A DNA stretch of 63,680 nucleotides, counting the filler, from Asterionella formosa (lineage: Eukaryota): the NCBI GenBank assembly GCA_002256025.1. It is 19 parts of 19 records of this genome, joined end to end, with 100 filler letters (N's around TTAATTAATTAA, not from the genome) between each part and the next. Parts side by side here need not be neighbours in the genome. Positions count along the whole stretch, not along the records: positions 1 to 20,326 come from NKIB01003399.1; positions 20,427 to 40,739 come from NKIB01003406.1; 17 more parts are not named here. The stretch is one strand, 5' to 3'. Within the stretch, counting starts at the first letter, position 1, and the number at the start of each line of letters is the position of its first letter. Of this stretch, positions 12,601 through 22,094 are shown piece after piece. Under the pieces are notes generated by a model. It saw only the letters and a program-made list of their open reading frames with translations, searched no databases and was not told the origin of the DNA. Both the position numbers and the translations under genes were made by a program.

Positions 12601-13955
12601 ATGGCACTTTTTATGAGGTGACTATGGGCAAAGATCTTAAAGACGTTTTGAGCTCGAATCTCCCGAAGCCACATGAAACGTTATTTACTCCACATATGAG
12701 TTTGATGTATGAAAACAACTCTTGGGCACAACAGGATGCTTATCGCATTCTCGCATTTGCTTTGGAAAGGGGCGTTATTTCTCCACAGGATAAGGAAAGA
12801 TGTCATCGTCTTTGGCGTGAATTTTTGGGCCCTTGGTTTGGCTTGACACTTAACTGGATGCAGCGGCCTGCGGTGAGCTACCAAGAGTCCATCGCCATAA
12901 TATATGACGGTATGGGTGAGTCAAGTGCAGTCATGAGCTCCACTGCCGAGGACTCAGTTAACACCGTGAGTGGATTAGAAGACGAAGATGATAGCGTTTC
13001 TGGTGATGATCACGATCTAGGCAATAATGTAGTCACAGAGGAACTCCGCGAAAGGACCGCACGATCCAGCAGTAGTGCTCTCATGGACTATCATCCGTTG
13101 CCAACAGGCGCGATGGTGTCCACTGTTTACGGAGAGGGCAGGATAGTTCAATTCCGTCGAGCAGACAAGAAATATGTGGTTGACATGCCGTTTGGTGCAA
13201 GGGCCTTCCTTCATCCTAATGCTGTTCTTTGCACCATCCTTTCGGCTCCAAGAGATCCTTACACCAACCAACTACGAGCCGACGATACAACAACTTTACA
13301 GCACAAGGACGATGTGCTAGCAATTGGGACCCAGTCGCTATATCTCTTTTTTCGACTTCACCAAATCCTTATCCGTCGCCTAAATATTGCAAAGAGAGCA
13401 GCATATGAAGTTACCAAGGATAAGACTTTGCAAACTCTTGTTGAACAAATGCATTCATTACCTGGCGAGGACGTTGGTCGCAAGCGGTATGATGCGTTCT
13501 TGAGTTTGGTATATGGCCTTGTTGATGGAGGTGGACAGCAAAGTCACCACGCCGCTGCAGAAGGTGGCAAGTACGAGGATCGCGTACGATGCCTGCTTGG
13601 TCATAGGGCTTACGAGCTTGCCACTATGGATAAGTTGCTGTCGCATATCCTCAAAAATCTTCAAAACATGGCCAATGACGAGACGATGTATAATCTAGTT
13701 CAATTGTTCCGTCGCCATCGTGATCAAGGAAGCTTTAGACCCGAGGCTTTAAGGCAAGAGGCAGCACATTATTCAGACGGCGAAAACATGATAGCATTTC
13801 AACGTTGTATAATGCATGACAGTGACAAGAGCGTCATTCACATGGAGTTCTTGGGTGTTATTGATGGTGGTGCTGAGCGTCAGGAAGAGGTTGATGAAGT
13901 CGCAGACATAAGTGCAGAACCTACCGCAAAACGACCGAAACGCCAGAGAGAGTAA
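9624..13955 (+). CDS. SIN3: Paired amphipathic helix protein Sin3 (histone deacetylase corepressor scaffold)
   Basis: 1443-aa uninterrupted ORF. PAH1 LRVEDALVYLDDVKREF...LILGFNKFLP, PAH2 VEFDHAISYVTNIKKRF...LLKEFTFFLP, PAH3 ERQFFDSVKEAL, HID CTPSYRALP...YEEMLFRCEDERFEID...KSLDHRS, C-terminal LYLFFRLHQIL/YEDRVR/TMDKL. P/Q/G-rich N-terminus. Confidence 0.97.
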   Translation: MQPPHVPQTQGGNGQPMPPGHNANHHQAPLRTLSAGTHPNESAPSPLPGQPAPRHPPMPSNNAPQGRGNFPTPGAGIPGAKRDGFGPGYPPSQLRRGPPPNMGDRRPAGPSPPAQAPRSAVPPQGQNYPPNPTYTGSQPQTSNTGLPPQGPPQQTQPQPHQGQPRQTMRPGVPPPQDQRRLSGNVMHSGNRQAHPQGPPVSQGPPPSGTHPGNRPAQGPPFRPGPPAVMPPQGSGGMRELRVEDALVYLDDVKREFGDRPKIYNEFLEIMKNFKSQEVDTPGVIDRVSRLFRGYNNLILGFNKFLPDGYKISLQDLERREAELQRQAQQQQASASGYFQGQTGARPSPPNPVATHLMQQQQPRRDGPPQQVTSHLQNHGRPPASTAQGPPQGYAPKRPPPGQAPPQAAIGRGAGNGKAIANGIPPPQQQIPRQGPPPQQIHRGPAPPTHPPQHVQVQAQPQHQAVEFDHAISYVTNIKKRFADDPSTYHQFLEILHTYQKEQRGIKEVLEQVASLFADHPDLLKEFTFFLPDAVQEQAKERLHRAAAESESRQALAAQQQQQGYTGRQMPPAWHSGPRGLDPNRTQQIRKLSQQKFIDMTGQKVEVQEESTLSPRQSPVVKKRPSSPGSGGTGQPSSQPETSVYNSAVERQFFDSVKEALTTYSRDGGQAWAEFIKCLDMYAQELLSKNEMLSFVEQLLGNRSAELFEEFKRILAAAGSPSGSAPSMEDSWYSVPLSDIDFFRCRQCTPSYRALPRDYPAPPCSERSDDEAKVLNNIWVSLPKGSEESYTFRHMRRNHYEEMLFRCEDERFEIDQVIDSNAATLCRLEPIAEEITQLAQEEEMQSDFMSGIVGKVTGECGMGGLRFQYTFEPKILGVVHRNAIARLYGDSGQEMLEMIVKNPTAAIPAVVARLRQKDREWKVTRGKLNRHWKELAEANYFKSLDHRSLTWRTIDKRATSTRTLIAEIKDRAAHGGKEGEAAIVARREKAKEEHGTFYEVTMGKDLKDVLSSNLPKPHETLFTPHMSLMYENNSWAQQDAYRILAFALERGVISPQDKERCHRLWREFLGPWFGLTLNWMQRPAVSYQESIAIIYDGMGESSAVMSSTAEDSVNTVSGLEDEDDSVSGDDHDLGNNVVTEELRERTARSSSSALMDYHPLPTGAMVSTVYGEGRIVQFRRADKKYVVDMPFGARAFLHPNAVLCTILSAPRDPYTNQLRADDTTTLQHKDDVLAIGTQSLYLFFRLHQILIRRLNIAKRAAYEVTKDKTLQTLVEQMHSLPGEDVGRKRYDAFLSLVYGLVDGGGQQSHHAAAEGGKYEDRVRCLLGHRAYELATMDKLLSHILKNLQNMANDETMYNLVQLFRRHRDQGSFRPEALRQEAAHYSDGENMIAFQRCIMHDSDKSVIHMEFLGVIDGGAERQEEVDEVADISAEPTAKRPKRQRE

Positions 13956-14536
13956 TCTTCAATATTCTGTCCTAGAATTTCATTTTCATCTTGGGTATTG
14001 AGTTGTTAACTAGCTTGACTATTGCTCGTAGTATAAACCCCTTTCAGGATATTGTGTTTACATAGATGACCCCGTATTAAAATAGCTGTGATATCCTGCC
14101 TTCCATTAATTCATCGATGTTTCGCTGTCGCTCTGTTTAAGTACCGGGTAGCAAGAATTGGGGGGGGGGGTATTTGTCCCCATAAACCAAGTTGAAAATG
14201 CATCAGAAATCAAGTTACGAATCAATCAGTGGACATAATCATGTGACGAATGGGTTGCTTGAGACTAAAATTCGCCCGAAGTTGATGTCAATGATAATAA
14301 CCAGTTCCTACTTTTGTTGTTTGCCTCGATATATCCTATGAATCCTGGTGCCTGCCCAATGATGTGTTGTCCAGCCCTATCACTGGAGTTTTCAATTCGC
14401 AGGTATCAGTAACACAAATTGCATAGTGGGATAGTCTAGCTAGATCTAGTAGAAGGAAGCCCTCCACGCGGATTTACTGGAGAAACAAAAGAAAATAATA
14501 TTCATGCAACTTCTGTATATCTCGAAATGATAAATC

Positions 14537-17500
14537 TTAGCCCAATATAGTTTTCAAGAACATGGCTAACTGACTGCCCACTCCAGCATCCGTGCTCTTA
14601 ATGGTAACGTCCACTTTTGACGCGCCACCAAGTGGTGTGACTTTTGTGTGAATAAGCACAACAAAACTGCCCCCAACATTCCCAGCGCAGATTCCTTCGT
14701 TGGTTGCTGCAATCGCTTCGACCTTATGAGCTCCGATTTCAGCACAAATCTCCATACACCTTTCCAGCGAAGTAACTTTGCCGGAGACAACACTGACAGG
14801 AGAGGTCACAGGACACATCCCCCACTGCTGCCCAAATTGAGCAGTAGATATAGGAAGTGGGGAGAGTTTGTTGCCATGATACTCGAACTTGCTACTGGCT
14901 TCGAATGAAGTCAAAGGGGTGTCCACAAGACCCCCCAAAAGTCCAGAAGCTGCAAACGGATCAATTGCTACAGGCAAGGGAACAGGATCATCCAAATCGT
15001 CATCACTAACGGTTTCTACAATCGGAGCAATAGGCGCTGAGGCTGCAACGGACTGTGGCGCAAAAATGTCAAGGTCAGGGACTCCAGCTGGGGCTGGTGC
15101 TACAACAGCAGGAGCTCCAAAATCCAGTAGATCAAAAATTTCCGGCGCAGGGGCTTGCGGAGCGAAAGTGGATCCTCGAGGTACTGGCGGAGGAGCAGTT
15201 ACAGGAGCAGATTTTTGAGTTGGTGGCGGCGGTGCCTGACCTGGAATGACTCCGCCAAACAAGGCAGCTGCCATTCTTTCTTTTTCAATAAGTTCTTTAG
15301 ATTTTGGCACCTCGGCAGCAACAGCAGGTGGAGGTGCACCATAAGGGTCCGATCGACCACCAAATCCGCCATAATTATCAGGAACCGACGAGCCATAGGT
15401 GTTAGAATGCACTGCCGACCCATAGGGATTAGGCGGAACCGGCGCGCCGTATGGCATGGAAGGAGCCGATGAGCCATAAGGGTTAGACGGAGCAGGAGGT
15501 GGTGCTTGTGGTTGACTCAAGCCATCCTTGCCCCAAACACTCGCAACTCTGGAAGTATTGAGTTGCAACTCATTCATTTGACTACCAATCGAAGAGACTG
15601 CAGGTGATGGTATTGATGATCCATAACCACCTCCGGGCGGCAGTGATACACCGGGTGGGGCGGCTATACCACCATCGGATCCCAAACCCCGCATGACGGT
15701 AGAGACACTATACGATGGCGTAGTCGGCTTATCGTATGGCGTCAAGTTGAAGGCGCTCGTCTTAGCGACCGCCAAGGGTATGTCGTCATCGTCATCATCT
15801 TCGGGTTTCTCGTAACTCTTCGCGCCATCTACCAATGCATCCCTAACATATGAATTCATGAAGCTCAAGTCCTCATCAACATTGATATCTTCGGCAGAGG
15901 CATCTACTGGCAAAACTTTTCCCAGCAGGTGAGGAGCACTCGTAAGCAAATTTTGGAACTCCAAGCAACGCTGCTGCAAATCAACGTCCTGAGAATGGGT
16001 AAAGTCATCAATCAAAGCAGCTGCATGTGGAGGACAGGTGCCCGCTTGGGCAATCAACTTCATGACTGCACTCAAGATCAGCTTCAAGGTGGTTGGAGCC
16101 AATTTGGCTTTGTGGATTCTGGCAAGGGCGCACAAAGCAGCCAAGACATCCTGCAGCGAAGATTCAGTGCTAAGGTAGCCGTATTCTCCCAAACACCACG
16201 CCATTGTTTCCAACAGAATCTTGGGCAATTTTCCGGCAGGTTTCTCTCTGAGTAAGGCAACATAAATCTCAATCGCGTTTTGACGCAGCAACATATCATT
16301 TTCTTCGCTTTCACCAGTTCCTTCAGCAATCAACGACATGAGATTTTGTGCAACCTCAGGGCGCACCAAGTCGCCAGAAATCTCAAAGAGGTCGGTAATT
16401 GTTCGTATATACCATGCATTATTAGGGGCGTATCGTTCTGCTACGCTGCAAATGCGAGTAGTAAGCACATTCTTGAGGAAAACATCTGTTGTTCCGCGCA
16501 AAAACTCTAACATTTTCTCAGTGATGAATTCCACATTGACAGGGTTCGTCATTCTATATAGCAAGTCAAGGGTCTTGCGTTGAAGAGTTTCATCTGTGTC
16601 TTCCAAACAATCCATTACAGCGATCTGGTGAGCGGCTGCGTATTGAGGGTGCGTCTCAACAATAAGGGCTAGTCCAGTTACTCCCAAGTACTTCAAGTTA
16701 TGAGCTCTGGACTGAATAAAGCGGGAAATGGCTTCTCCGGCAGAATCCAATAGAGTCGCGTTGGGGTAGATTTGGACGATAGTGCGAATGCACTCGTACA
16801 CTATTGCATATCCTGCGTTTATTCCAATATCAGCCTTTTTCATCGTGTCGTTTAGAATTTCATACATTCCACTGGACGTCGCGGCATCGTTACGTCCCAG
16901 GACTCCCAAAAGTCGAACCAACTTGAGCTGCATCCATGGAGCCGGCACACGATGGTAGTCGAAATCCGTTGGAAGACGGTGTTCTCCGATTTGCTTCAGA
17001 ATAGAAACTAGCGAGGGAACCAAATCCTTGAAGGTGTGCGCTTGAATCTGGGCCATAGCTTCAATTACATTGAGGGAAGCTCCCATGACAGCCGGATCTC
17101 GGTCGCACAACACCTTCCGAAGTTTTTCAAGCATTTCCTCCCTAGTAACAGTCTCCGGAGCCAGCTGATGAAATCTATGCATAGCCATAATTGCCTTCTT
17201 ACGAACAGTCTCGCTTGCGTGAGACAAGAGTTTGTTGACTTCGCCACTTACAGCAGGAACCATATCCGGAGTAATAAGGGAGGAAGCAGCCAATAAACCA
17301 CCGCAAATTTCCAAGACATGCGACGACTGTAAGTCGCGTTGCATCTGATTGACCAGCATGAATCTAAATTCATGTTGTGGCGACAAACAAGCGCTGCAGA
17401 CCAAGTAGCCTGTTCGCTTGTGGTATAGCGAGGCCGAAGCTGTCATTTCTAACGCCTTGATATATCCAAAGCTTGCGTCATGACCCAACATTTCCACATA

Positions 17501-17734
17501 GAGCAAACGCACCATGAATTCCTTAGCCCGTTTCTTGGAAGATAGGAGGGTGTTTGCTGGAGGGGGCTGTCCAGGCGTAGAAGGACCTGGAGGAGTCTCC
17601 AACTTCTTCTTGAGCGTCTGAACCTCCTTCAAAATAATTCGATCTTCTTCTTGCTTCGATTTTGATTCGCCGATCGCCTTTAATAGTTCAAAGAACTCTT
17701 TACTGAGGTTTGTACCTCCCGTAGCCATGTTCAT
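14537..17734 (-). CDS. AP4E1: AP-4 adaptor complex subunit epsilon
   Basis: 1065 aa. LSKEFFELLKAIGESKSKQEEDRII, RLLYVEMLGHDASFGYIKA, DYHRVPAPWMQ, DETLQRKTLDLLY, VLPVDASAEDINVDEDLSF, Pro-rich hinge and an appendage domain with FGQQW. Confidence 0.95.
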   Translation of the reverse strand: MNMATGGTNLSKEFFELLKAIGESKSKQEEDRIILKEVQTLKKKLETPPGPSTPGQPPPANTLLSSKKRAKEFMVRLLYVEMLGHDASFGYIKALEMTASASLYHKRTGYLVCSACLSPQHEFRFMLVNQMQRDLQSSHVLEICGGLLAASSLITPDMVPAVSGEVNKLLSHASETVRKKAIMAMHRFHQLAPETVTREEMLEKLRKVLCDRDPAVMGASLNVIEAMAQIQAHTFKDLVPSLVSILKQIGEHRLPTDFDYHRVPAPWMQLKLVRLLGVLGRNDAATSSGMYEILNDTMKKADIGINAGYAIVYECIRTIVQIYPNATLLDSAGEAISRFIQSRAHNLKYLGVTGLALIVETHPQYAAAHQIAVMDCLEDTDETLQRKTLDLLYRMTNPVNVEFITEKMLEFLRGTTDVFLKNVLTTRICSVAERYAPNNAWYIRTITDLFEISGDLVRPEVAQNLMSLIAEGTGESEENDMLLRQNAIEIYVALLREKPAGKLPKILLETMAWCLGEYGYLSTESSLQDVLAALCALARIHKAKLAPTTLKLILSAVMKLIAQAGTCPPHAAALIDDFTHSQDVDLQQRCLEFQNLLTSAPHLLGKVLPVDASAEDINVDEDLSFMNSYVRDALVDGAKSYEKPEDDDDDDIPLAVAKTSAFNLTPYDKPTTPSYSVSTVMRGLGSDGGIAAPPGVSLPPGGGYGSSIPSPAVSSIGSQMNELQLNTSRVASVWGKDGLSQPQAPPPAPSNPYGSSAPSMPYGAPVPPNPYGSAVHSNTYGSSVPDNYGGFGGRSDPYGAPPPAVAAEVPKSKELIEKERMAAALFGGVIPGQAPPPPTQKSAPVTAPPPVPRGSTFAPQAPAPEIFDLLDFGAPAVVAPAPAGVPDLDIFAPQSVAASAPIAPIVETVSDDDLDDPVPLPVAIDPFAASGLLGGLVDTPLTSFEASSKFEYHGNKLSPLPISTAQFGQQWGMCPVTSPVSVVSGKVTSLERCMEICAEIGAHKVEAIAATNEGICAGNVGGSFVVLIHTKVTPLGGASKVDVTIKSTDAGVGSQLAMFLKTILG

Positions 17735-17962
17735 AAGATGATGATCGTTCTAGCGGGGGAAGGGGGAATGATAGTATAGTGACAAGCTATGCTGTGTAAT
17801 ACATGAACAATGCCAACAGCAGATAATGATATAGTGGAATACATAACGGCGTTGCTCAAGAGAAGTATTGCTTTTCGAATACAACGCAGGGTGCCAGCGA
17901 TGCAGAGGTGGTAATAGGGAGACCTGGTACCTGGGACCAGGGGGTAGTACCAGTACCAGGTA

Positions 17963-18097
17963 CCTGGAAGTTGCGGTATCTGTGCTGAGACTAAACATTT
18001 AGCTATCTTTATCCTATATTAAATTTTTAATTTAAGCCACATGACCGCAAAAGATAGCTAAACTTTTAGTTTCAGCACAATTACAGCAACTTGCTGT
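17963..18097. mobile_element. Mini-MITE of the TA-targeting CCWG-end family
   Basis: TA|CCTGGAAGTTGCGGTA...TTACAGCAACTTGCTGT|TA. Internal TTTAGCTATCTTTATCC is shared with copies at 24850, 53761 and 53897. Confidence 0.8.
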
Positions 18098-18827
18098 TAC
18101 AGCATGGTCATGTAAGGCGTCGTAATTGGGAATGGTGGTCTTGATCGTCTGCTAATTAAAAATATCATATTTCCATAATGCATCATAGGATTGTGATCAT
18201 CTGATCATAATTTTTCGTTTTATCATCTAATAATTTTGATAAATGCCCTTGTAATTTAAATAGTAACCCTTTTCACTACATAAATTTAATTATTATATGT
18301 ATTGTTTCTATTAGATTCCTGTATTCGAATTTCTTGGCAGGGTAAATACCAGCTAAAATAATGCAATTTGGCTCATCATTTCCATCTGTCATCACTCTGA
18401 TTTTTGCAACAACAACGAAATACTAGCGATGACAAGTGGAATGATTGTTTGCGATAATGACATCTTCAATTGTTGGTCATGTGATCATTATATCTTTGAG
18501 TAATTGTCATGTGCAGTGAACCTTTGTTCATAATCATTCAATTAAGAGTTTGCAGAGAAGAAATCATTCAAACTCGTAATGGTTTCGCACACAGCACAAA
18601 TTGTAAATCCGTTTCGTCGACCACCAGAATTACAATCTCGCCAATCAACCCGATAACAAACACAATCTACTTGTTCTCGTTGACATTTCAAATTCTCACA
18701 TGATACTACATCTACTATTGAGATTCAGCATAGAAGGAGATACGAAAATGTAACAGACTACTGTCCACATAGCTATAGTTATAGAATGATTCTGATTACA
18801 ATTTCTTTTTCATGTTGCTCGTTTCTA

Positions 18828-19266
18828 CAATTGGCATGCTGTACTTGTATTTACTATTGAGCTTGTCCGCATCTTTGATACCATCAAGAGAGCGAAAGCA
18901 AGTGGCTCTCTTCATTGTTGTTTGCTTGTAGGAAATATTTGATATCTGTATCGTCATTTGCTTGTTGGAACTGTCCGTTGCCTCAAACCTGCTTGGCGTG
19001 TGCGTACACACACTGCCGACTTGTTTTCATTGGAATGTTGTTCTTGTATTCACTGTTGAGCTTATCCGCATCTTTGTTACCATCAATAGAGCGACAAGTG
19101 GGTGCGTCTCTTCATTGTTGTTTGCTCCTGGAAAAGTCGGTGACCGTGTCATCCTCATCAATAGAGGGACAAGTGTCCTTCATCATTGCGGTTTGCAGCT
19201 GAAAAAATTGGTACCCATGGTATCGTCATTCGCTCGTTGGAACCACTTTCCGTTGCCTCAAACCTG
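18828..19266 (+). repeat. Diverged two-copy tandem duplication
   Basis: CTTGTATT.ACT.TTGAGCTT.TCCGCATCTTTG.TACCATCAA...TCTCTTCATTGTTGTTTGCT occurs at ~18844 and ~19044. TATCGTCATT.GCT.GTTGGAAC..TCCGTTGCCTCAAACCTG occurs at ~18949 and ~19221. Confidence 0.85.
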
Positions 19267-19438
19267 ATTAACCTGTGTGTACATTACAGGAGTGACTTAG
19301 CTACTAAAGTGCGTGTTATAATATCATACTCCATAGTACGATGCAGAATACTGCAGTTCCCGATCATCTCATCATGATTGATAAGATGATAATGTGATAT
19401 CACAATAGGGTTAGATCGATGCATACATCACCAAAGTA

Positions 19439-20326
19439 TGATACATAATATTGAATAAAGTATGTCACATAGCTATGATGCATTGATCATAGAACTGTGA
19501 TGATTTCTTAAAATGTTTATGATATAATTTTGATCAAAATATGATCATGTTAAAATAATACAATGACAATAAAATACGATAAAATATGTACGTAAGTGTT
19601 ATCGATACATCACAGAAAATAAATAAATAAATAAATCATAATTATGTTACTTAATATATAAATTCGACTTTAAATGTATACAGTAAAAGCAAACAGTTAA
19701 AATGATAGTATTATACGGTAGGAAGGATCTAAGTATACGGATGCGTTGATATGTACATCACTATAATAGGAATTGTGATATGGATTGATGCATATCACAT
19801 ACCAATATCCTCAACAACCAGCCATCACGTTCATTGTCATGTCGTTTTTCCTTGTTATAGCTATATATATGCCAGCATGTGTATTGTGTAAACATTACGC
19901 TGGCGGAACATGCATATTACACTGTGCTCTGTTCAATCATTACTACACTCGGTTACCATGATCACACCAGTTGCACCTCCACAAGCGCAGCTAAAAGCTC
20001 CGCGCTTCCCTTCCACTGTTTTACATCATAGTCTTCTGATCTTTTGACAATTTTCCAAATGGCATTTCATGGATTTTACGCAAAGGATCAGTCAAACAAG
20101 AAATGTGACTTACTTCCATTGCGTACACTACACGATTTTATGTTTTCGGAAAAGAAGATCAATCGAAGATTCCTTTGAATACACTCAAATAACAAGGAAT
20201 TTGAACAGATTCATAATACTCCAAAAAGAATAATGAAGTATGCCGATACAATAGTGGCAGAGATTGAAATTGAAGGAAAGATTGCTTTCGAAGAGCAAGG
20301 AAACCCAAACAGTTGTTCTTTGCGGA
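19439..20326 (+). repeat. Dispersed repeat family C, copy 1 (unclassified TE-like sequence with decayed ORF)
   Basis: Colinear with 44890-45830 and 55688-56275, e.g. TTCCAAATGGCATTTCATGGATT and ATGAAGTATGCCGATACAATAGTGGCAGA. Confidence 0.92.
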
Positions 20327-20426
20327 NNNNNNNNNNNNNNNNNNNNNNNNNNNNNNNNNNNNNNNNNNNNTTAATTAATTAANNNNNNNNNNNNNNNNNN
20401 NNNNNNNNNNNNNNNNNNNNNNNNNN
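20327..20426. other. Artificial contig linker N44-TTAATTAATTAA-N44 (first of 18)
   Basis: Identical 100-bp spacers start at 20327, 40740, 42090, 43440, 44790, 46140, 47490, 48840, 50190, 51540, 52890, 54239, 55588, 56937, 58286, 59635, 60984 and 62333. The core places stop codons in all six frames. Confidence 0.99.
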
Positions 20427-20427
20427 A

Positions 20428-20682
20428 ACCCACAAGGACACAATCCAATCTCAAGCTGAATCTTACGTCCATAGATTTGGCCCTGGCCTCTTGCTTTACT
20501 GGTTCGGACACGCACCTATGGAAAGACTGGACGACTTTCAAGGCGACATTGTCATTTGCGGTTGGAAGCTTCCAGACGAACTACTACTACCCTCTGGCGA
20601 GGTTGTTCGAGAAGGACAAATAGCTCCATCATTGCTTCGTCAAAAAAGAGTTGTTGTTGATTTGAATAGTGCTCAATATTAG
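20428..20682 (+). CDS. CDIN1: 3' end of a CDIN1/C15orf41-like (PD-(D/E)XK-type nuclease family) gene, truncated by contig edge
   Basis: The frame is open from the contig start: THKDTIQSQAESYVHRFGPGLLLYWFG, matching the recalled C15orf41 motif Q..SY..RFGPGLVIYWYG. Stop at 20680-20682. Confidence 0.8.
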   Translation, partial: THKDTIQSQAESYVHRFGPGLLLYWFGHAPMERLDDFQGDIVICGWKLPDELLLPSGEVVREGQIAPSLLRQKRVVVDLNSAQY

Positions 20683-22094
20683 TTTTTTCCTTTCCTGTGA
20701 AGTCTGGTTTAAAAGTTTTATACTTATTCCACCAATCAAAATGGTGTATCATTAGATTTTCTGTTCTAACATTCCCTGTGTGCTCCAATGTATTACCAGT
20801 CAAGAAGGGGTGCTCCCAAAAAGATTACGGTAGCTGCTTTTAGATTATAAAGAACCCAGTTTTAAGCCTTTGGCACAACCTCTCGTGAGGCATCACAAAT
20901 TTCCTGTGTTGAATCATTAATCAATCTGAAGATTATATTCTCAAGATTTGTAACATTTTGACTAGATTTCAGTTTTCTGCTTTAATCATTGTTGTATGGA
21001 TACAGCATACACATATCTTTCTACTGAAATCAAATTGATCGAAAAATATTCAATTAAGCCAGAAATATAAAATACTCATATGTACAAATTATAGCTAAAT
21101 CTAAACAAGGTTTTCACCATCATTAACACATTTGTTTGTGATTGACAATACCAATGCAACAGCAAAAGTTGGGGACATTCTAACCATTTTTTGTTGGGTA
21201 TCATTTCATTTGCAAGATATCAAGCACCAGGTACTCAGTTCAACCAAAACTAGTACCACCAGCAATGAACATGTGCATATTCTACTGGACTAATTTGATT
21301 GCTTAAAAAAGAAAACTCACATAGGGAAATCTATCATGTAGTACTTATGAATTATATTAAATCGACTAGTTTTGCTGGTGCTGTGATGTATATACCAGGT
21401 AACTAGTAGACTAGCAGTATATGCAAGGCTGGCTTGAATGGATTTGTTTCATTCAAATTAATTTGTATCTTTCACTAGTGTGTGGTAATCATCATACCAC
21501 TCTATATTTGAGTTTGAGTCAATTCTCCCAGTCCTATATACTCCGTAGTCCTATTTCAACAGTTCAACAAACCAGTAGTGTTTCAGCAACTGGAAGGTGA
21601 CTTGCCAATTGCTGTTTAGTTCAGCAGTTCAGCAAAATCATTCCTGTTTGTTCAGCAAAACTGGACAATGACACATGCAACTTGTTGTGCTTCAAACTTG
21701 ATGCAACAAAATGGGCCATTAATTTTGCTGATAAAAAGAATTCTAATTTCTTCTCATTGTTTACAGCTAAATTAACATCCTCATTTCGTCGCTGCAATGA
21801 TTGAGAGAAACAAAATGAGGGGTTGATCGGAAAATGATTTCCTTCATTTTATTGCCAATCCTGGTCACATTTTAGACTAAAGCTAATTTACAAACAGCAA
21901 GCTTGCTTAGTATCTGAATTGTGACCAGGATTGGCTGTGACTGAGAGATGAAGAAATTGAAAATCGGGAAGTAACAACAATAAATTTTTTATCTGGTGGT
22001 ATGTTTCGACGTAGAAACATCATTCCGAAGTGATTTCATCATGATTGCTGAAGCCATATTACCCAAAGTATGCTATCGTCACCACCATGCATGA

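Noticed and set aside
14160..14171. G12 run between the convergent genes as a regulatory G-quadruplex
   Set aside because: A single homopolymer, possibly of uncertain length, with no supporting evidence.
10032..17296. Many short ORFs overlapping Sin3 and AP4E
   Set aside because: Shadow frames of long, relatively GC-rich CDSs with no motifs.
9624..17734. Functional cluster of Sin3 and AP-4 epsilon
   Set aside because: An ordinary convergent pair of unrelated housekeeping genes, with no evidence of coupling.
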